Origin: Eledone cirrhosa
Lineage: Eukaryota
Direction of reading: 5' to 3'
Length of the DNA: 64,000 nucleotides
Assembly (NCBI GenBank): GCA_964016885.1
Contig: OZ024749.1
Span: 51,956,001 to 52,020,000, forward strand
The notes beneath the pieces were generated by a model, which was not told the origin of the DNA, searched no databases, and was given only the letters and a program-made list of their open reading frames with translations. Below, piece by piece: positions 21,311-60,217 of this stretch. How positions within the stretch are numbered: position 1 is the first letter of the stretch; each line of letters begins with the position of its first letter. Made by a program: the position numbers and the translations under genes.

Positions 21311-24300
21311 ATATATATATCGAAGTAGTGTTTACACAGGGTTGGATTTCGACCTTGGAGGGCCCCTCATAGACAGAAATTAGAATACACAGCAAACCCC
21401 CTAATGTTACATATCAAAGTTAGCTTGGCGCAAGTAATTGGAATTGAAAAAAATGTCCATACAGGTATTAAATTCAAAAATTCAAACCATCCTAAAACTA
21501 AAAAGATAAGTTGAGGACAGAAATTGCTACGGCTGTCGCTGGTGGGGGCCCCGGGCCAATTGCCACCCTCATTAAATGCAGACCTGTTTATATAATATAA
21601 TATTCTTTATTATGGTATTATGACTAAATGATGAGTGACGAGTGTTGTCTTTATTTTCACCTGTCTAATCATATAATCAACATAAACTTGTTTAGTGCGT
21701 CACCAATTCCTTCAAAATGAAAGTTGATTACGATTTCATGGAAGTGGCGTGAACCTAATACGTCAAATTATTGTATATTTCCGTTCGTTTTGTCTTTTAT
21801 TGTCCTGTATACTTCCCGTCTTTATCTGTTGGTAAGCTAGTTACTGCCTTCCGGTTTTCATATTGGTAATCTATAAAATATGATAGATTTTCCACAGGAA
21901 TATGTAATGTCAAAAATATATATTTTATTAATTTCGGTAATTTTTTATTTATTGTTTTTATTACACCTATCCCATCTTTGAGACGATGATGATGATAGTA
22001 ATAACAATGATTGCCTTAATTTCTTTTTTCAACATAATCGTAATCTACATGTTCGAAAATGTATCTCTGTTAAATTGATGAGTGTGGGGAGACGAAACTG
22101 TAGTTATACATACATACACACGCACATATACATATGTATATATATATATGATATGGATTTTATAGGAATGAAACAGCTCTTGTTATATAGAAGCCATATA
22201 TATAGCAGCCAATGGCAACTTCCTTTTCCATCTTTAAAGGTCTTCATCCTATTTTCTAAGCTATTTTATGGCATCTCCGTACACGAGGACATCATTCTTT
22301 ATATTAATACCTGTATTTGCAATGTTTTTATCCTTCAGAACTTTGATGACAGCTGTTTAGAAGAAAGGGATTCTTTATTAAAGAAAAGATCTGTTGGTGA
22401 GAAGAGACATTCTGATTCCTCTTTGAGGAAACATCAAAACAGAAGTGACTGCATTACTATCAAGACTGAAGACACAAGAGAAAACAGTTCATATGGTGAA
22501 TTCTATAACAACTCAGATTATATGAACAAACCTATTAAAATAGAGTCCAAATCAGTGAGTAATAGTATTTCTTATTTACATTAACTAATTCTTATAGTTA
22601 GAATAGAATATCTGAAGCTATTGTTGCTACACTTCCTTTTCATGTTATATTTATAGCAGGAAAGTATTTTATTAACAATTTCACTTATGGTTAATATCTG
22701 GTTAATTTTAATTGAGACTATATGTAAAGCGAGATAACAGGCAGGCCCCTCCAGCCTGTCAGGGGGCTCAGTAACCCCACTACTGACTTGGTCATTGTAG
22801 ACCAGTCCAACCCTTGCTAGCAGGGAAAGCAGATGTTAAACTGACGACAATGATGATCAGTTCTGTATGACTAAGGCATGGTCATCTGATCTGGCTTGTC
22901 TCACATATGCTAGCCTCGAAAAATGGTCATTAAACGGTCATGATGATCTACAAACAAGAAATCGTGTTAATTTAACCATTCTGTTACCATATTTCTCATG
23001 AAATACAATCTGTTTCAATTAATTAATTCATTACTCATAAAAATGTTGAATGATTTCCTAAAATTATTATTTAATTACCAAGATAGTAACTTAATATATG
23101 GTTCTTATATAAAATTACATTGGAAGATTTCAATTTAAAATAGATGGCTTTGTGTCAGTTGGTATCATAAGGGGTTAATGTCCATTCTGACATGACTTGG
23201 ACAAGTCTCACTATTTGTTGCTGTCCTTTGTTCCTCAGATACACACAGCAACACGTGTGTGAGTGTGTCATGGTTTTTACCATTGAATACTTTTCTTATT
23301 GCCAATCATTTTACAGCATGGACTAGGTACATGTTGCTGATAGAGGTGGTAGTAGTGGGGAGTTTATAGAGTTTGTCTAGGGGTAGTTCTCTCTATGATA
23401 TAAGATTAGGGGTTGCCTAACTACCAGGGGAGTTTATTGAAATTAATGGTAAACGAGCCCTTCCACAGTCAGGTCAAGCTTCTGCCGGTTACTGGTACTA
23501 TGTAACCCAGTACAACCTGCTTTATAGTTGAGTGGTTGGTGACTAAACCAGCTCTTCCACCAGACCCTGGACATCAACCCCAACTATGGATACACTGTAC
23601 CCCTTGCATATAGTAAAAGATAACTAAAAGGGTTGACATCAGGAAGGGTATCCAGCTGTAAAACATTGTCCCAAAACATCCTCCAACCCATGCCAGCATG
23701 GAAAAGAAAACATAAAAATGATGATGATAATAGTAATATATTTTCGTAGCTTGAGTTTCTATATTAGACCAATTTCTTCTTTAAAACTGGATTTGTAATA
23801 AAGTTTTTAATGATATAATTATATAAATAAATAACAAGGGTTTTTGTTTTCTATTTTTCTTTTCCAGCCCAAATATTCCAGTGGAAGGGATAGTCAGATG
23901 AAAGCAAAATCAAGTCGATGGGAAACTGAAGAAAGTACAATATCTATTAAAAAGGAACCAAGATCCAAAAGTCATAGTCAAAGTAGATCACCAAATACAC
24001 ATCATCATCATCGTCATAAATCACACAGAACTACTAATGAACAGTTAAGCAACAACAGAAATTATGAAGACAGAAAAAGAGAAAACGACTACAAAAGGAA
24101 AAACGCGAAGGATGCATTGACAGGCAATACAGACAATTCGAAATCTGCTGCTAAAACCGACGTAAACAAAGCTGAAGCTAACATGGAGCTGTCTGGTAAA
24201 CTAACCGAACACAGTAATACATACAACGGTATAGTGATCAAGTATAACGAACCTGCAGAAGCCCGCAAACCTAAAAGACGCTGGCGTCTCTATCCTTTTA

Positions 24301-24677
24301 AAGGCTCAGAAGAATTACCAATGTTACCGATTCATAGACAGAGTGCTTATTTGATAGGTCGAGAACGTTTGGTTGCTGACATCCCAGTTGGACACCCTTC
24401 ATGTTCTAAACAACATGCAATATTACAGTTTCGAAAGGTACAATTTAAACGCATTAACGGAACAATTGGATACAGAGTAAGACCATACTTGATAGATTTA
24501 AATTCTGCAAATGGGACATATATAAACTGTAAAAAGATTAAACCACAATGTTATGTGGAACTTTTTGAAAAGGACCTTATAAAATTTGGATACAGTTCTC
24601 GAGAATATATTTTGTTACACGAAGAATCAAATACTTTAGAAGTGGAATCTATGGACAGAGATGAAGTTAGTGATTGA
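19893..24677 (+). CDS. SNIP1: Smad nuclear-interacting protein 1 (FHA domain, RES complex subunit), ~382 aa, 3 exons
   Basis: Exons 19893-20015, 22339-22554, 23868-24677, both introns phase 0 and GT-AG. C-terminal LSGKL..NTYNGIVIKYNEPAEARKPKRRWRLYPFKG..HRQSAYLIGR..HPSCSKQHA..PYLIDLNSANGT..KFGYSSREY is the SNIP1 FHA signature. Confidence 0.93.
20950..21268. repeat. Inverted pair of degenerate hammerhead-family repeats plus a short palindrome (20950-20990)
   Basis: 20971-21022 (+) and 21211-21268 (-) are copies of the 14810-14867 motif. The hairpin cattcgtttgaaatc/gatttcaaacgaatg sits at the left end. Confidence 0.75.
21337..21586. mobile_element. Probable hAT-type MITE
   Basis: CAGGGTTGGATTT ... 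gggggccccgggccaattgcc ... AAATGCAGACCTG, imperfect TIRs; no clean 8-bp TSD. Confidence 0.45.
22976..23174. mobile_element. piggyBac-type MITE, family B (older copy)
   Basis: TTAA|CCATTCTGTTACC ... GGTATCATAAGGGG|TTAA. Confidence 0.7.
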
Positions 24678-24871
24678 AGAGATATCTGTGTAGCATTTGA
24701 CTGTGTCAAACTGGCAGAAATAAAATCTTAGCAAACATTAAAATCTTTTGTGTTTTTCTTTCTCTGTTAAACCGTTTGGTATAACAAAGTCTGTCTTGTA
24801 TTTATTGTCTTGTCTATCTGTAAGCATATATCTACCAGTCTATCTATTTATCTGTCTGTAACTATATATCT

Positions 24872-25285
24872 ACTAGTCTGAGGGCAAACTGCTTTCTCTC
24901 TGGACAACAACTCATCCCGTTCTTTAAGTACCACTTCAGAAGGAAGGTGAGAGAGGTGCTACAACCCAGTAAATTCGCTGAACAGTGGGTGAATGTGGCG
25001 AAAATGGGCCTTCTCTGTATATACCTGTAGGTTGAGGAAGATAAACAGAGGGAAGGCGGGAACACCTACAAAACGTGTTCCTGGTGCTGAGGGTTGTTCT
25101 ATCTACGGGGTGTAAAACAACCCACAGTAGTGTTAACTCCCCCCCCCCCCACCCTAATGGGGATTTCAATTGTTTTATTTTTATATAGTTTATTGTTATT
25201 TATCATTGTTAAAGATTTTATGTAAAACCCCCATCACGTCTTGTAATGTCCCATTTTTGTACGCCTGTGTGGCAAATAAAGAAAG
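24872..25285 (+). mobile_element. L1/Tx1-like LINE 3' fragment
   Basis: Frame FLSGQQLIPFFKYHFRRKVREVL..KFAEQWVNVAKM, then a 3' UTR ending in aaataaagaaaga. Confidence 0.55.
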
Positions 25286-25576
25286 ATATCTAATAAGATC
25301 TACATCTTTCTGTAATTTAAAAAAGTAACCAAAACAAACTATATAGGTTTGCCATTTATTTGTTTATCTGTCTGTTTGAAGAGGCCAAAGATGTGGTCAT
25401 GCTTCATAGGTTCCAGGAAGGTAGGGGAATATTAACCCACCCTAGGGGAAAACTTGAATGGAGTTTTGGGAATTACACGGACCAAGTCATTAAGAAATGG
25501 ATTGAAATAAAATTAAGTGTAAACAAAAAAATATCGAAATAAAAACAAGACTGAAACTTTGAATAATAAAGTATGT

Positions 25577-26866
25577 GAATGGAAAGGTGGGCTTGAAGGT
25601 TTAGGTTGGGAAACATCTGCCAGAATATGAATGGAAAGGTGGGCTTGATGAAGGTTTAGGTTGGGAAACACCTGCCAGAATATGAATGGAAAGGTGGGCT
25701 TGATGAAGGTTTAGGTTGGGAAACATCTGCCAGAATATGAATGGAAAGGTGGGCTTGATGAAGGTTTAGGTTGGGAAACATCTGCCAGAATATGAATGGA
25801 AAGGTGGGCTTGATGAAGGTTTAGGTTGGGAAACATCTGCCAGAATATGAATGGAAAGGTGGGCTTGATGAAGGTTTAGGTTGGGAAACATCTGCCAGAA
25901 TATGAATGGAAAGGTGGGCTTGATGAAGGTTTAGGTTGGGAAACATCTGCCAGAATATGAATGGAAAGGTGGGCTTGATGAAGGTTTAGGTTGGGAAACA
26001 TCTGCCAGAATATGAATGGAAAGGTGGGCTTGATGAAGGTTTAGGTTGGGAAACACCAGCCAGAATATGAATGGAAAGGTGGGCTTGATGAAGGTTTAGG
26101 TTGGGAAACACCAGCCAGAATATGAATGGAAAGGTGGGCTTGATGAAGGTTTAGGTTGGGAAACATCTGCCAGAATATGAATGGAAAGGTGGGCTTGATG
26201 AAGGTTTAGGTTGGGAAACACCAGCCAGAATATGAATGGAAAGGTGGGCTTGATGAAGGTTTAGGTTGGGAAACACCAGCCAGAATATGAATGGAAAGGT
26301 GGGCTTGATGAAGGTTTAGGTTGGGAAACACCAGCCAGAATATGAATGGAAAGGTGGGCTTGATGAAGGTTTAGGTTGGGAAACATCTGCCAGAATATGA
26401 ATGGAAAGGTGGGCTTGAAGGTTTAGGTTGGGAAACACCTGCCAGAATATGAATGGAAAGGTGGGCTTGATGAAGGTTTAGGTTGGGAAACACCAGCCAG
26501 AATATGAATGGAAAGGTGGGCTTGATGAAGGTTTAGGTTGGGAAACATCTGCCAGAATATGAATGGAAAGGTGGGCTTGATGAAGGTTTAGGTTGGGAAA
26601 CACCTGCCAGAATATGAATGGAAAGGTGGGCTTGATGAAGGTTTAGGTTGGGAAACACCTGCCAGAATATGAATGGAAAGGTGGGCTTGATGAAGGTTTA
26701 GGTTGGGAAACACCTGCCAGAATATGAATGGAAAGGTGGGCTTGATGAAGGTTTAGGTTGGGAAACACCTGCCAGAATATGAATGGAAAGGTGGGCTTGA
26801 TGAAGGTTTAGGTTGGGAAACACCTGCCAGAATATGAATGGAAAGGTGGGTTGGGAAACACCAGCC
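25577..26866. repeat. 55-bp G-rich minisatellite, ~23 copies, between SNIP1 and RNF7
   Basis: Unit gaatggaaaggtgggcttgatgaaggtttaggttgggaaaca(tct/cct/cca)gccagaatat; two 52-bp variants. Confidence 0.95.
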
Positions 26867-26939
26867 AATTGCAATCCTATCCTAATGGCAGTGTCCAAAT
26901 AAGTAAAACAAACAAATGCCTGTCTGGCTTTAGTGAACC

Positions 26940-27045
26940 TTTTCAAAGTAAACCTCTTGGCAATACAGTGTCTACATCTGGTGCCATTTGTATAAGGCCT
27001 GCAATTCTCCATGATCTTTCTTTTAATTTCTAGATATAATTGGGG
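26940..27045 (-). mobile_element. Degenerate Penelope-like endonuclease C-terminal fragment
   Basis: EIKRKIMENCRPYTNGTRCRHCIAKRF resembles the PLE pattern IxWxI...PY.NG..C.LC..EK. Short and decayed. Confidence 0.45.
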
Positions 27046-28364
27046 TTTGTTACTCACCCCAAGTAAAGTTAAAGCCATTAAAATACGGAGGGTTACTGAA
27101 AAAAGAAAAGGACAAGACAGAACACAATTCAAAGAGAGAGATGACAATGATTGATGTTGCTGAGGGTTGGGAGCCATGGACAATTGCACCAATACTATGT
27201 CTGTGGTTCTCATTGGGGAGAAAAATGCAATGTCAGTGGGTCCCAAATCATCGTTTGACCATCTACAGATTCTTGTCTGACCATCTTGACATCTACAAAT
27301 CCTTATCTGACCATCTTCACATATCTACAAGTTCAAATACAGTGATGGACTTCAATTGGTTCTGATGATGAATATTGCACTTGATTGAGCAATGGAACTT
27401 ATATTGGTGAGGTTAACGTACAAGTACCTGGTCATTCACCACCTCTTGGTATTTTTCTCTCTTCTTTGTGCTTCCACCCAGGTAACAATTAGCTCCAGTA
27501 AAATAAGCTGTCTTGTCTCCTCAGAAACCAAGATGTTTTGACAAGGACTAGATGATATGTAAATAAGCAAATAGGAACGCCAGACACCTAAAGGTGAATA
27601 TGGATACACTTAGAACAAACGCAATGTAATCACTGAATGTCCTATACGTAAATAATACAGTAAGAAAACAAAACACCCACCAGTGGTTAAGGTCATCGCA
27701 TTCCAAACTCGTAACTAATACACTCATTAAAACAAAGCCAATTACAAACTAAATGTCTATACTAGATCCAAGACATCCTCCATAATTCCTGACTCATGCT
27801 CCGTAAACCCCACCTGCTCTAAATACCAGTATGGAAGAGAGATTATTCCAGCTGTAATTGTTATATTACGCAGTTTTTGTAAAATAATAAACAATAAATA
27901 TTTATAATTTGTGATGTAATCTCTAAAACTATGACTTGCGGGGGGGAAAACAGCACCCTTTTTTAAAATTCCTTCAACATAATCGTAATCTACACTTTGA
28001 AAAACGTATCTCAGTAAAATTTCTATTAAAATCTGAACTAATAAGAAAGTTATGAGGAGACAAAGTCAGCGAGGTTACTAAACTATGTAACTTCTTGTCT
28101 TGTTATTCTTTCAATTGTTGAGTGAGAACAATGTGATGGAGAATATCTCTCAAGCATTAAAAACTTCCCCATTTATCAAGGAGTTGGAGGTTGAATTACA
28201 AAAGTTCAACAGATGTACTATTATGAAGTAATAATTAAAAGAAAGATGATTATTTTCAGATAAAACTAAAGAAATTTTAATATTTTAAGTTTCAAGTTAA
28301 GACGAAATTTAACTTCGTTTAGTAAGAGGTTAACTAAACAAGGGGGAATAACTACACATTAAAA

Positions 28365-28777
28365 ATGGCAGAAGATATGGATGTTGAAAATTGCCGTGAG
28401 GTTGATAAAGATGGACCAAAACCGGAAAGAATGTTTACTCTTAAGAAATGGAATTTAGTCGCAATGTGGAGTTGGGATGTTGAATGCGATACTTGCGCCA
28501 TTTGTCGTGTTCAAGTTATGGGTAAATCAATATTTTCATTCTAATGTCGATCGGTATCAGTTTTGCTTTGAACAAATATGTGAATCTCCATTATATTCCG
28601 CCGAGGTTAACTTTGCCTTTCATCCTTACGGGGTCGATAAAATAAAGTACCAGTAATACACTGGTAATTGCTGGCCTTGTGCCAAAAAGTAGAAACAATT
28701 ATTTACTACGAAATGTTTTCTCTCTTTCTCTCTATATATATTGTAATGAACTCATCTTTTATTCTCTATCGCTCATG

Positions 28778-28825
<48 letters not shown>

Positions 28826-28955
28826 TTATTTATATATATATATATATATATATACACATACTGTAAATAATGAGATCGAAATCACTGGATATCAATCTAA
28901 ACCCTTATATAGGCTCAGAACGAACACAAAAACTATACACGCATGTGAGAGTATG

Positions 28956-28986
<31 letters not shown>

Positions 28987-30961
28987 TGTTAAAGGGGGAA
29001 ATTTGCTACGTAAGGTAAAATTGAAACTGACTATAAACGAGAATGTAAAAAAAAATAACTTGGCTTTCTTGCATTGCCAAAGCGGGAAAAAAATTAAATT
29101 AATAAACCCCCTCCCCTATTATATATATGTATAGTCCCGTAACTCCTGATAGGTTCCTAGGGGCGCCGGATTGACATACGGCGTTTCTCGGGCAATTTAA
29201 ACCTGGCGGAGCCCATCCCTCTCCAGGTCTGAGTACAGCAGATTTCTTCCAGAGAAAGATAGAAAGTGAGAGAGAAGAGATATAGAGGAAGAATCTACCC
29301 CAGTACTAGACTGGTACTTATATATATATATATACGTTGTTAGAAATCTGCGCGATCTGCTGGAAGACAGTTTATTTAGTGTAAACAAAGTTTCATACAC
29401 TTAACATGTACGTGCTACCGATGGTTTCTGGGTCCAGTCAAGGCCACCACCGTATAATGGAAGATGCACTTTTAAACAAAAATATCCAACTGCAGAGACC
29501 ATATTCCCTGTACACATTGTAAAGTTATTGGTGTTAGGAAGGACATCCAACTGCAGAGACCATATTCCCTGTACACATTGTAAAGTTATTGGTGTTAGGA
29601 AGGACATCCAACTGCAGAGACCATATTCCCTGTACACATTGTAAAGTTATTGGTGTTAGGAAGGACATCCAACTGCAGAGACCATATTCCCTGTACACAT
29701 TGTAACGTTATTGATGTTATAAAGGGTATCCAGCTATAGTAACCATGTTCCCAGTACATTGGAAGGGCATCCAGCCAAATATGGAATGTATGAGATAGAC
29801 ATGGTCACCTCACCTGTTTAGCCTCTATCTCACATAGTATCAAATCTGAGATTTTGGTGTTATTTATTTTGAGAACAATAGCATAACATCAGTATGAGTT
29901 CCCAGTTACAGCCAGTTTGAACAGAAAGAGGTGAGAGAATTCGGGTCAGTTTAAATGCTAAATGGTGATGATGACAATGAGGATTCTTCCACTTAAAAAA
30001 AAAAAAAAATCAACCTTGAAAGTCCACTTTGTATAACATAAGTTATCTTAACATTTTTCAGATGCTTGTTTACGTTGTCAGTCAGAAAACAAACAAGATG
30101 ACTGTGTTGGTAAGTACAATTCTTTCATTCATTCTTTTGTTGGAGTTGTAGAGGAGACGTAATGACATACAGCATTTCTTGGGGGAGCTCATCTCCTTTC
30201 CAGCTCTTCCTGAGAAGGAAGTGGTCTGGTACTTTTTCTTTTATCAACCTTGCAAAGTATTATTTCTAACTACTCTACCAACTCATGGGTAAGTACAATA
30301 GGAAATATTTAATATTCTATCTATTATGAAGAATTCTTCGGCTGTGTCACAGACATAACCTCCCAGATTAAGCTATTGTAGCCTACGGCTTTATTCAATA
30401 TTTGACAACACTCATCTGATAGCAGATGTACCATATATATATAGTCTGCGGTAAGGGGACGGGACCAGGAAAACCACAAATCAGAGACGTTCTTGTTACA
30501 TAGTATGATGCCAAGCATATTAGTGAAAGTGGATTGACCACGAACTCAATATATATATATATATAAAAAATTGTAAGAATTCCTTTGTTATATATATTAC
30601 TAGTTATTCTGTAATCTGAAGTAGTGTTTTAAGATGTACTGTTATATGTATGAACCTGTAACTCCTTGTGAAGTATTAGGGGCACCTTAGTGACATATCT
30701 CAAGCATTTTAAACCTAGTAGGGGCCATCTCCTCTCCAAGTTTGAATACAGCTGATTTCTTCCAAAGAAGCAGAGAGAAAGATTGTTATATGTACTAAAT
30801 GTTTCTAAACACTTATGCATTGTTTTTCCTTTTCTTTTCCAGTGGTATGGGGTGAGTGCAATCACTCTTTCCACAACTGCTGCATGTCATTATGGGTGAA
30901 ACAGAACAACAGGTGTCCTCTTTGTCAACAAGAGTGGGTAGTACAGCGCATTGGAAAGTGA
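28365..30961 (+). CDS. RNF7: RING-box protein 2 (RBX2/SAG/ROC2), 107 aa, 3 exons
   Basis: Exons 28365-28521, 30062-30109, 30843-30961 (missed by the ORF track). Translation MAEDMDVE..MFTLKKWNLVAMWSWDVECDTCAICRVQVMDACLRCQSENKQDDCVVVWGECNHSFHNCCMSLWVKQNNRCPLCQQEWVVQRIGK* is nearly identical to RBX2. Confidence 0.96.
29484..29775. repeat. 61-bp tandem repeat (~4 copies) derived from a retroposon segment, RNF7 intron 1
   Basis: atccaactgcagagacc recurs at 29484, 29545, 29606 and 29667. The unit contains ggtgttaggaagg(g)catcca, which is shared with dispersed SINE/RTE-tailed repeats. Confidence 0.85.
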
Positions 30962-33469
30962 AAAAATAATTAATGAGTTCTTCAGCTGAATTAATAATAA
31001 TAAAAAAAAAACACAAAAACTTTTTAATTGTCAGGACAATATCCCCTGGTTGATAATGGATAAATTTATTTATTTAAAGCTACTTTTCTTACTGTACAGT
31101 AATTATAAATACTCCTCAATTTAAAGATCAAAATAAACCACACTTCATATATATTAGAACTGTGTTGTTGTTCACTGATAATATTAGAAAGACAAACACT
31201 TGGGTTTTTTCTCCTGTATTTATTTATTATATTTTTTTCTTTTTACAATATTTATGGGAAGTTTTTTTTAAAAAAAGGAAATAGACATTAGGGTTTTTGA
31301 TTTATTACTCAAATATTAAAGTTCCTATAAATCATTTTTTAATACAATAGATCCACCCAATTTAAAACATTAACAGCAGGACATTTATATAGAAAAATCG
31401 AGAGAAGCCACATATATATATATATACCTTCAGTCATTAATTGTTACAAATTACATTTAAATTTAAGGCACAGGGCTATAGAAATCTGTCATGATATTGA
31501 GTGCTAATCCAATTTTAGATTTCACCAACGATAATGGAATTAGATAGAGTTGCTTTCGATGGATTAGTTTTGGCATTTAATTAAGAGATCAAGAGCTTTA
31601 CTTATTATTATTATTTCACTCACCGACGAAGATAGTTCTTTCCTCATTAAGTTGTTGTGTATTGCTGATCTTGGCGAAGAGATCAGACTCCACGAAAGAT
31701 TTTTTTTTCATATACAAGTCAAGGTATATATTTGCAAATAATTAAGAGGATTGATACTATTTCAAAAATGAAAGTACTACCAACGGTGAACGTATCACAA
31801 AGATTGGCCAAAATAAAATAAATTATTTTGTGTTTGTCTTTATCAAACTGTTTATAAGGATCAACATTTTAAACGAGTTTAGGGTTTATTTATGGTTTAA
31901 AAACAAAAAAAAAATAAAATTTATCTATAATCTAAAATTTTTCTTAGAAACTAATTACTCTCATTTTAGCATAAAGTATGGAAACTTGACAGCAGGGAAA
32001 TGATTTAAAAATCAGATACGAATACAATTAGTTTTCAGGAAAACAAAAGAAAAAAAACATTGCCAAAAACAGAAGGTATTAATAACAGTACAAATCCGAT
32101 AATCATAAACATTTTATTAAATTTTTAAAATTTGGGTTGGTAACCTTTTTTTTTTTTATTTTACGAATGTAATTTTTTTGTTTTTGTTTTTTCTTCCTCC
32201 CCCACCCTTGTATTTTTGGTTTGATAATAAAGTCTTTTTCCTTTTTAAAACTACTAGAGAAAAAAAAAATTGTCCTTGATTAATTAAAGTTTGCAATTTG
32301 AATTATTTACAAATACCACAAGCTTCCACTAATAACAATTAGAAGAGCTGGTAGTCCCATTGTACAGATGCAATTTAAATTATAATACAAGGAAAATGTC
32401 TGGCCATTGGCAGAGCAATTTTTGAAATATAGAGAGAGACTGTGTGAGAGTGATAGAGAGAAAGACAGGAGAGAGAAGCAAAATGTTGAATCCATTCTAT
32501 GACCTGACAGAATTAAGATAATTTTGGCAATTCTGACCATCATGAAAGAAATGAGAACCTAACATATTTTAATGGATTTCTAAAAATTGTTTCTTTATGG
32601 AGAAAAGAGGGAAATAAATAAAACCACATTTATTCATAGACACACACGATATAATATATATATATAATGTGTATGTGTATATATAATATACATATATATA
32701 TATATATGTATGTATACATATATAGATATCACACACGTGTGTGTATATAAGTATATATACACACATTTATACCCATATATATTCATATATACACACACAT
32801 ACATATATATAAGGCTATAAAAATAGAATAACATTCAGATAAAGTTTCTATGAAGGACAAGGCAAATATTACAAGCAAATATATTAAAATAAAATTTAAT
32901 CTGGATATTTGGCAATGCAATATAAACAAAAATTAAATTTAAAAAAAAAAAAAGAAAGACCCTAACTCAGTTAATGTTTCTCTTTAAAATATTTTCCAGA
33001 CATAGTTGGACATTTTAATAGTTAAACAAGCAGGCAAATCAGAATTTCCTTGCTTCTCCTCAAATATTGCCTATTTTTGCAAACATCTATCCCAACCAAA
33101 AAGTATGAGAGGCTGTAGTAGTAATAATAATAATAATACAAAAAAAAAAAAAAATTATTATAGCTATTTAGTGTGCATCATTTTAAGAATCTCACCAACA
33201 TCTTCAGCAAGGCCAATTTTGAATGAATAGCTTATTTAGTTTTTTTTTCCTTTTCCTTTTCTTTAGCATAAAACATACTGCCAATAGTTTAAACACAATT
33301 TGCTCTGATAGCATAAATAATGCATCGTTGGATTGGATCATAACAGCATGTAATAGTGCAATTATTGACTTTTATTTTATTTTATTTTATTTTATTTATA
33401 TCTATATACAATCACATTGAATGGCATTAAACATTGGATGTTCATCTGTAGCTGCTGAGTGGCGCCGCA

Positions 33470-58419
<24,950 letters not shown>

Positions 58420-58539
58420 CTATGATTTAATAAACAAAAAATTAAAATAATCAAGAATTTGAAGGGTTTAGTAATATAATTAACTTTCTCATTATTAAGC
58501 TGGTGTTTGGAACATAACTTAAAGAATGTTTTTATGGTG

Positions 58540-59010
58540 GAAGGTTGTTTTTTTTATATAAATATAAACATTTTAAAATGAACAATTTTATATCATATAA
58601 TGGACGTGGGTGGCTAGACAGTTTGGGTGTCAAAAGTGTTAAATTAAACACTTGATATGTACAAATAACTTGCTTGAAGTCCATTTAAGAATATTGTCAG
58701 CTTGAATTATCATGGAAGGTTTGTTTTTTTACATAAATATAAACATTTTCAAATAAACAGCTTTGTATCATAGAATGGGGGTGGGTGGCTACAGACAGTT
58801 TTGATATCAAAACTGTGAAATTAAGCACTTGACATATGATGGAAGGTTTTTTTAAAAATATAAATATAAACATTTTCAAATAAACAGCTTTGTATCATAG
58901 AACGGGGGTGGGTGGCTAGACAGTTTTGGTGTCAAAAGTGTTAAATTAAGCATTTTATATGTACAATAACTTGTTTGAAGTCAATTTAAGAATATTGTCA
59001 GCTTGAATTT
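58540..59010. repeat. Degenerate tandem duplication, ~3 units
   Basis: ggaaggtt..taaatataaacatttt..gggtggcta..cagttt..tcaaaa.tgt.aaattaa occurs three times. Confidence 0.75.
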
Positions 59011-60186
59011 GTGGAGAAGTGGTAACCAAGAATACATTTTTAGTGAGATTATCTACAAAAAAAATAGTGCTCAAGATCAAGTACCTAACTTACTGTTTGG
59101 TAAAAGTTAATTAGACCAGACCTAGTGTAAAACTTCATCAATTGCAATGTTAAGTTTTAATTCTATTCTAACATAAGGATATACACATTAAAATATGGTA
59201 CCTTAAAATTATGATATAACATACCTGCTTAACAATCACAACAAATACTACAGTCTATTGTTATATCATCCCACCCCCTTTTTTTTTACACACAAAATTA
59301 GATGTTATTAAGTCCATGCTAATGAGTTTGTAATTATCATACAACCCCTAATCTTGGTTTTGTGTCCCTTCAATACTAGGTGATATTTCTGTGAATGTTC
59401 TCAATGGCTAAGTGCCATCCACTGTAGTAAAATAAATACTTTTCTTTCATAATTTCCCCTCACTAATGCACTAAGTTTGATTAGTTTTATGTAGAGATGA
59501 CTTTAGCTTTGAAGAGTCTTATGTAGAGATGACTCTAGTCTCATTGTAGAATCAGTGAAGATATTTCAGCTGAAACTATACAAGTGATTAAATGACATTT
59601 CTGCTAGACTAGGGTAACATAAAATATGTAGCAACACTAGATAGAGGATGAAGCTTATGCTTAAAAACATCATAATGAAACTTATTGCTCACTTGAATTA
59701 ATTATAAAGTTCAGGTGTGAAGTTAATCTGATCAATAAAATAAGACAATTGACAACAAGGTGTTCTCACTGTTGTTTAGCCTAGTCAGATCATATAGACT
59801 TGAGATTAAAAGGTGTCTCAGCAATGAACCCTTGTCTTTATTTTCAGATATAGCATATCTAGGAATACATTATCAAATGCGAGCTCCCTTTTTTTTTTAA
59901 ATGACAGTAAGATGAATAGCTGAAAAAGATTTGAAGAACTTTTGCTCTGGCCAACAACAAAATAATCGTGTCCTTTATCAAAGATAATTAGACATTTTAG
60001 TATAACCAGAAGAAATGTCAAAACATTTTAAAGACCACCTACATAACTTTGGAGATAAAATTATTATTTAAAACAATCTTTCAAGGTAGTTATATACTTT
60101 CTTTCAATAATTTAAGAGAATATTTCTGTGGTTTATATTTTCATGTTTCCATATAGATGTTAGCTCAAACTTTTGTGTTTTAGTTC

Positions 60187-60217
<31 letters not shown>

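Noticed and set aside
21625-21720. C/D snoRNA or scaRNA starting at ATGATGA
   Set aside because: No D box (CTGA) or terminal stem at a suitable distance; ATGATGA is ubiquitous here because of (GAT)n tails.
25590-25680. UUGAUGA...GAAAC inside the 55-bp unit as tandem hammerheads
   Set aside because: Stem II cannot pair (AGGUUUAGGUUGG) and there is no UH at the right position.
26698-27246. 182-aa minus-strand ORF as a gene
   Set aside because: Chimera of minisatellite, a decayed transposon fragment and low-complexity sequence.
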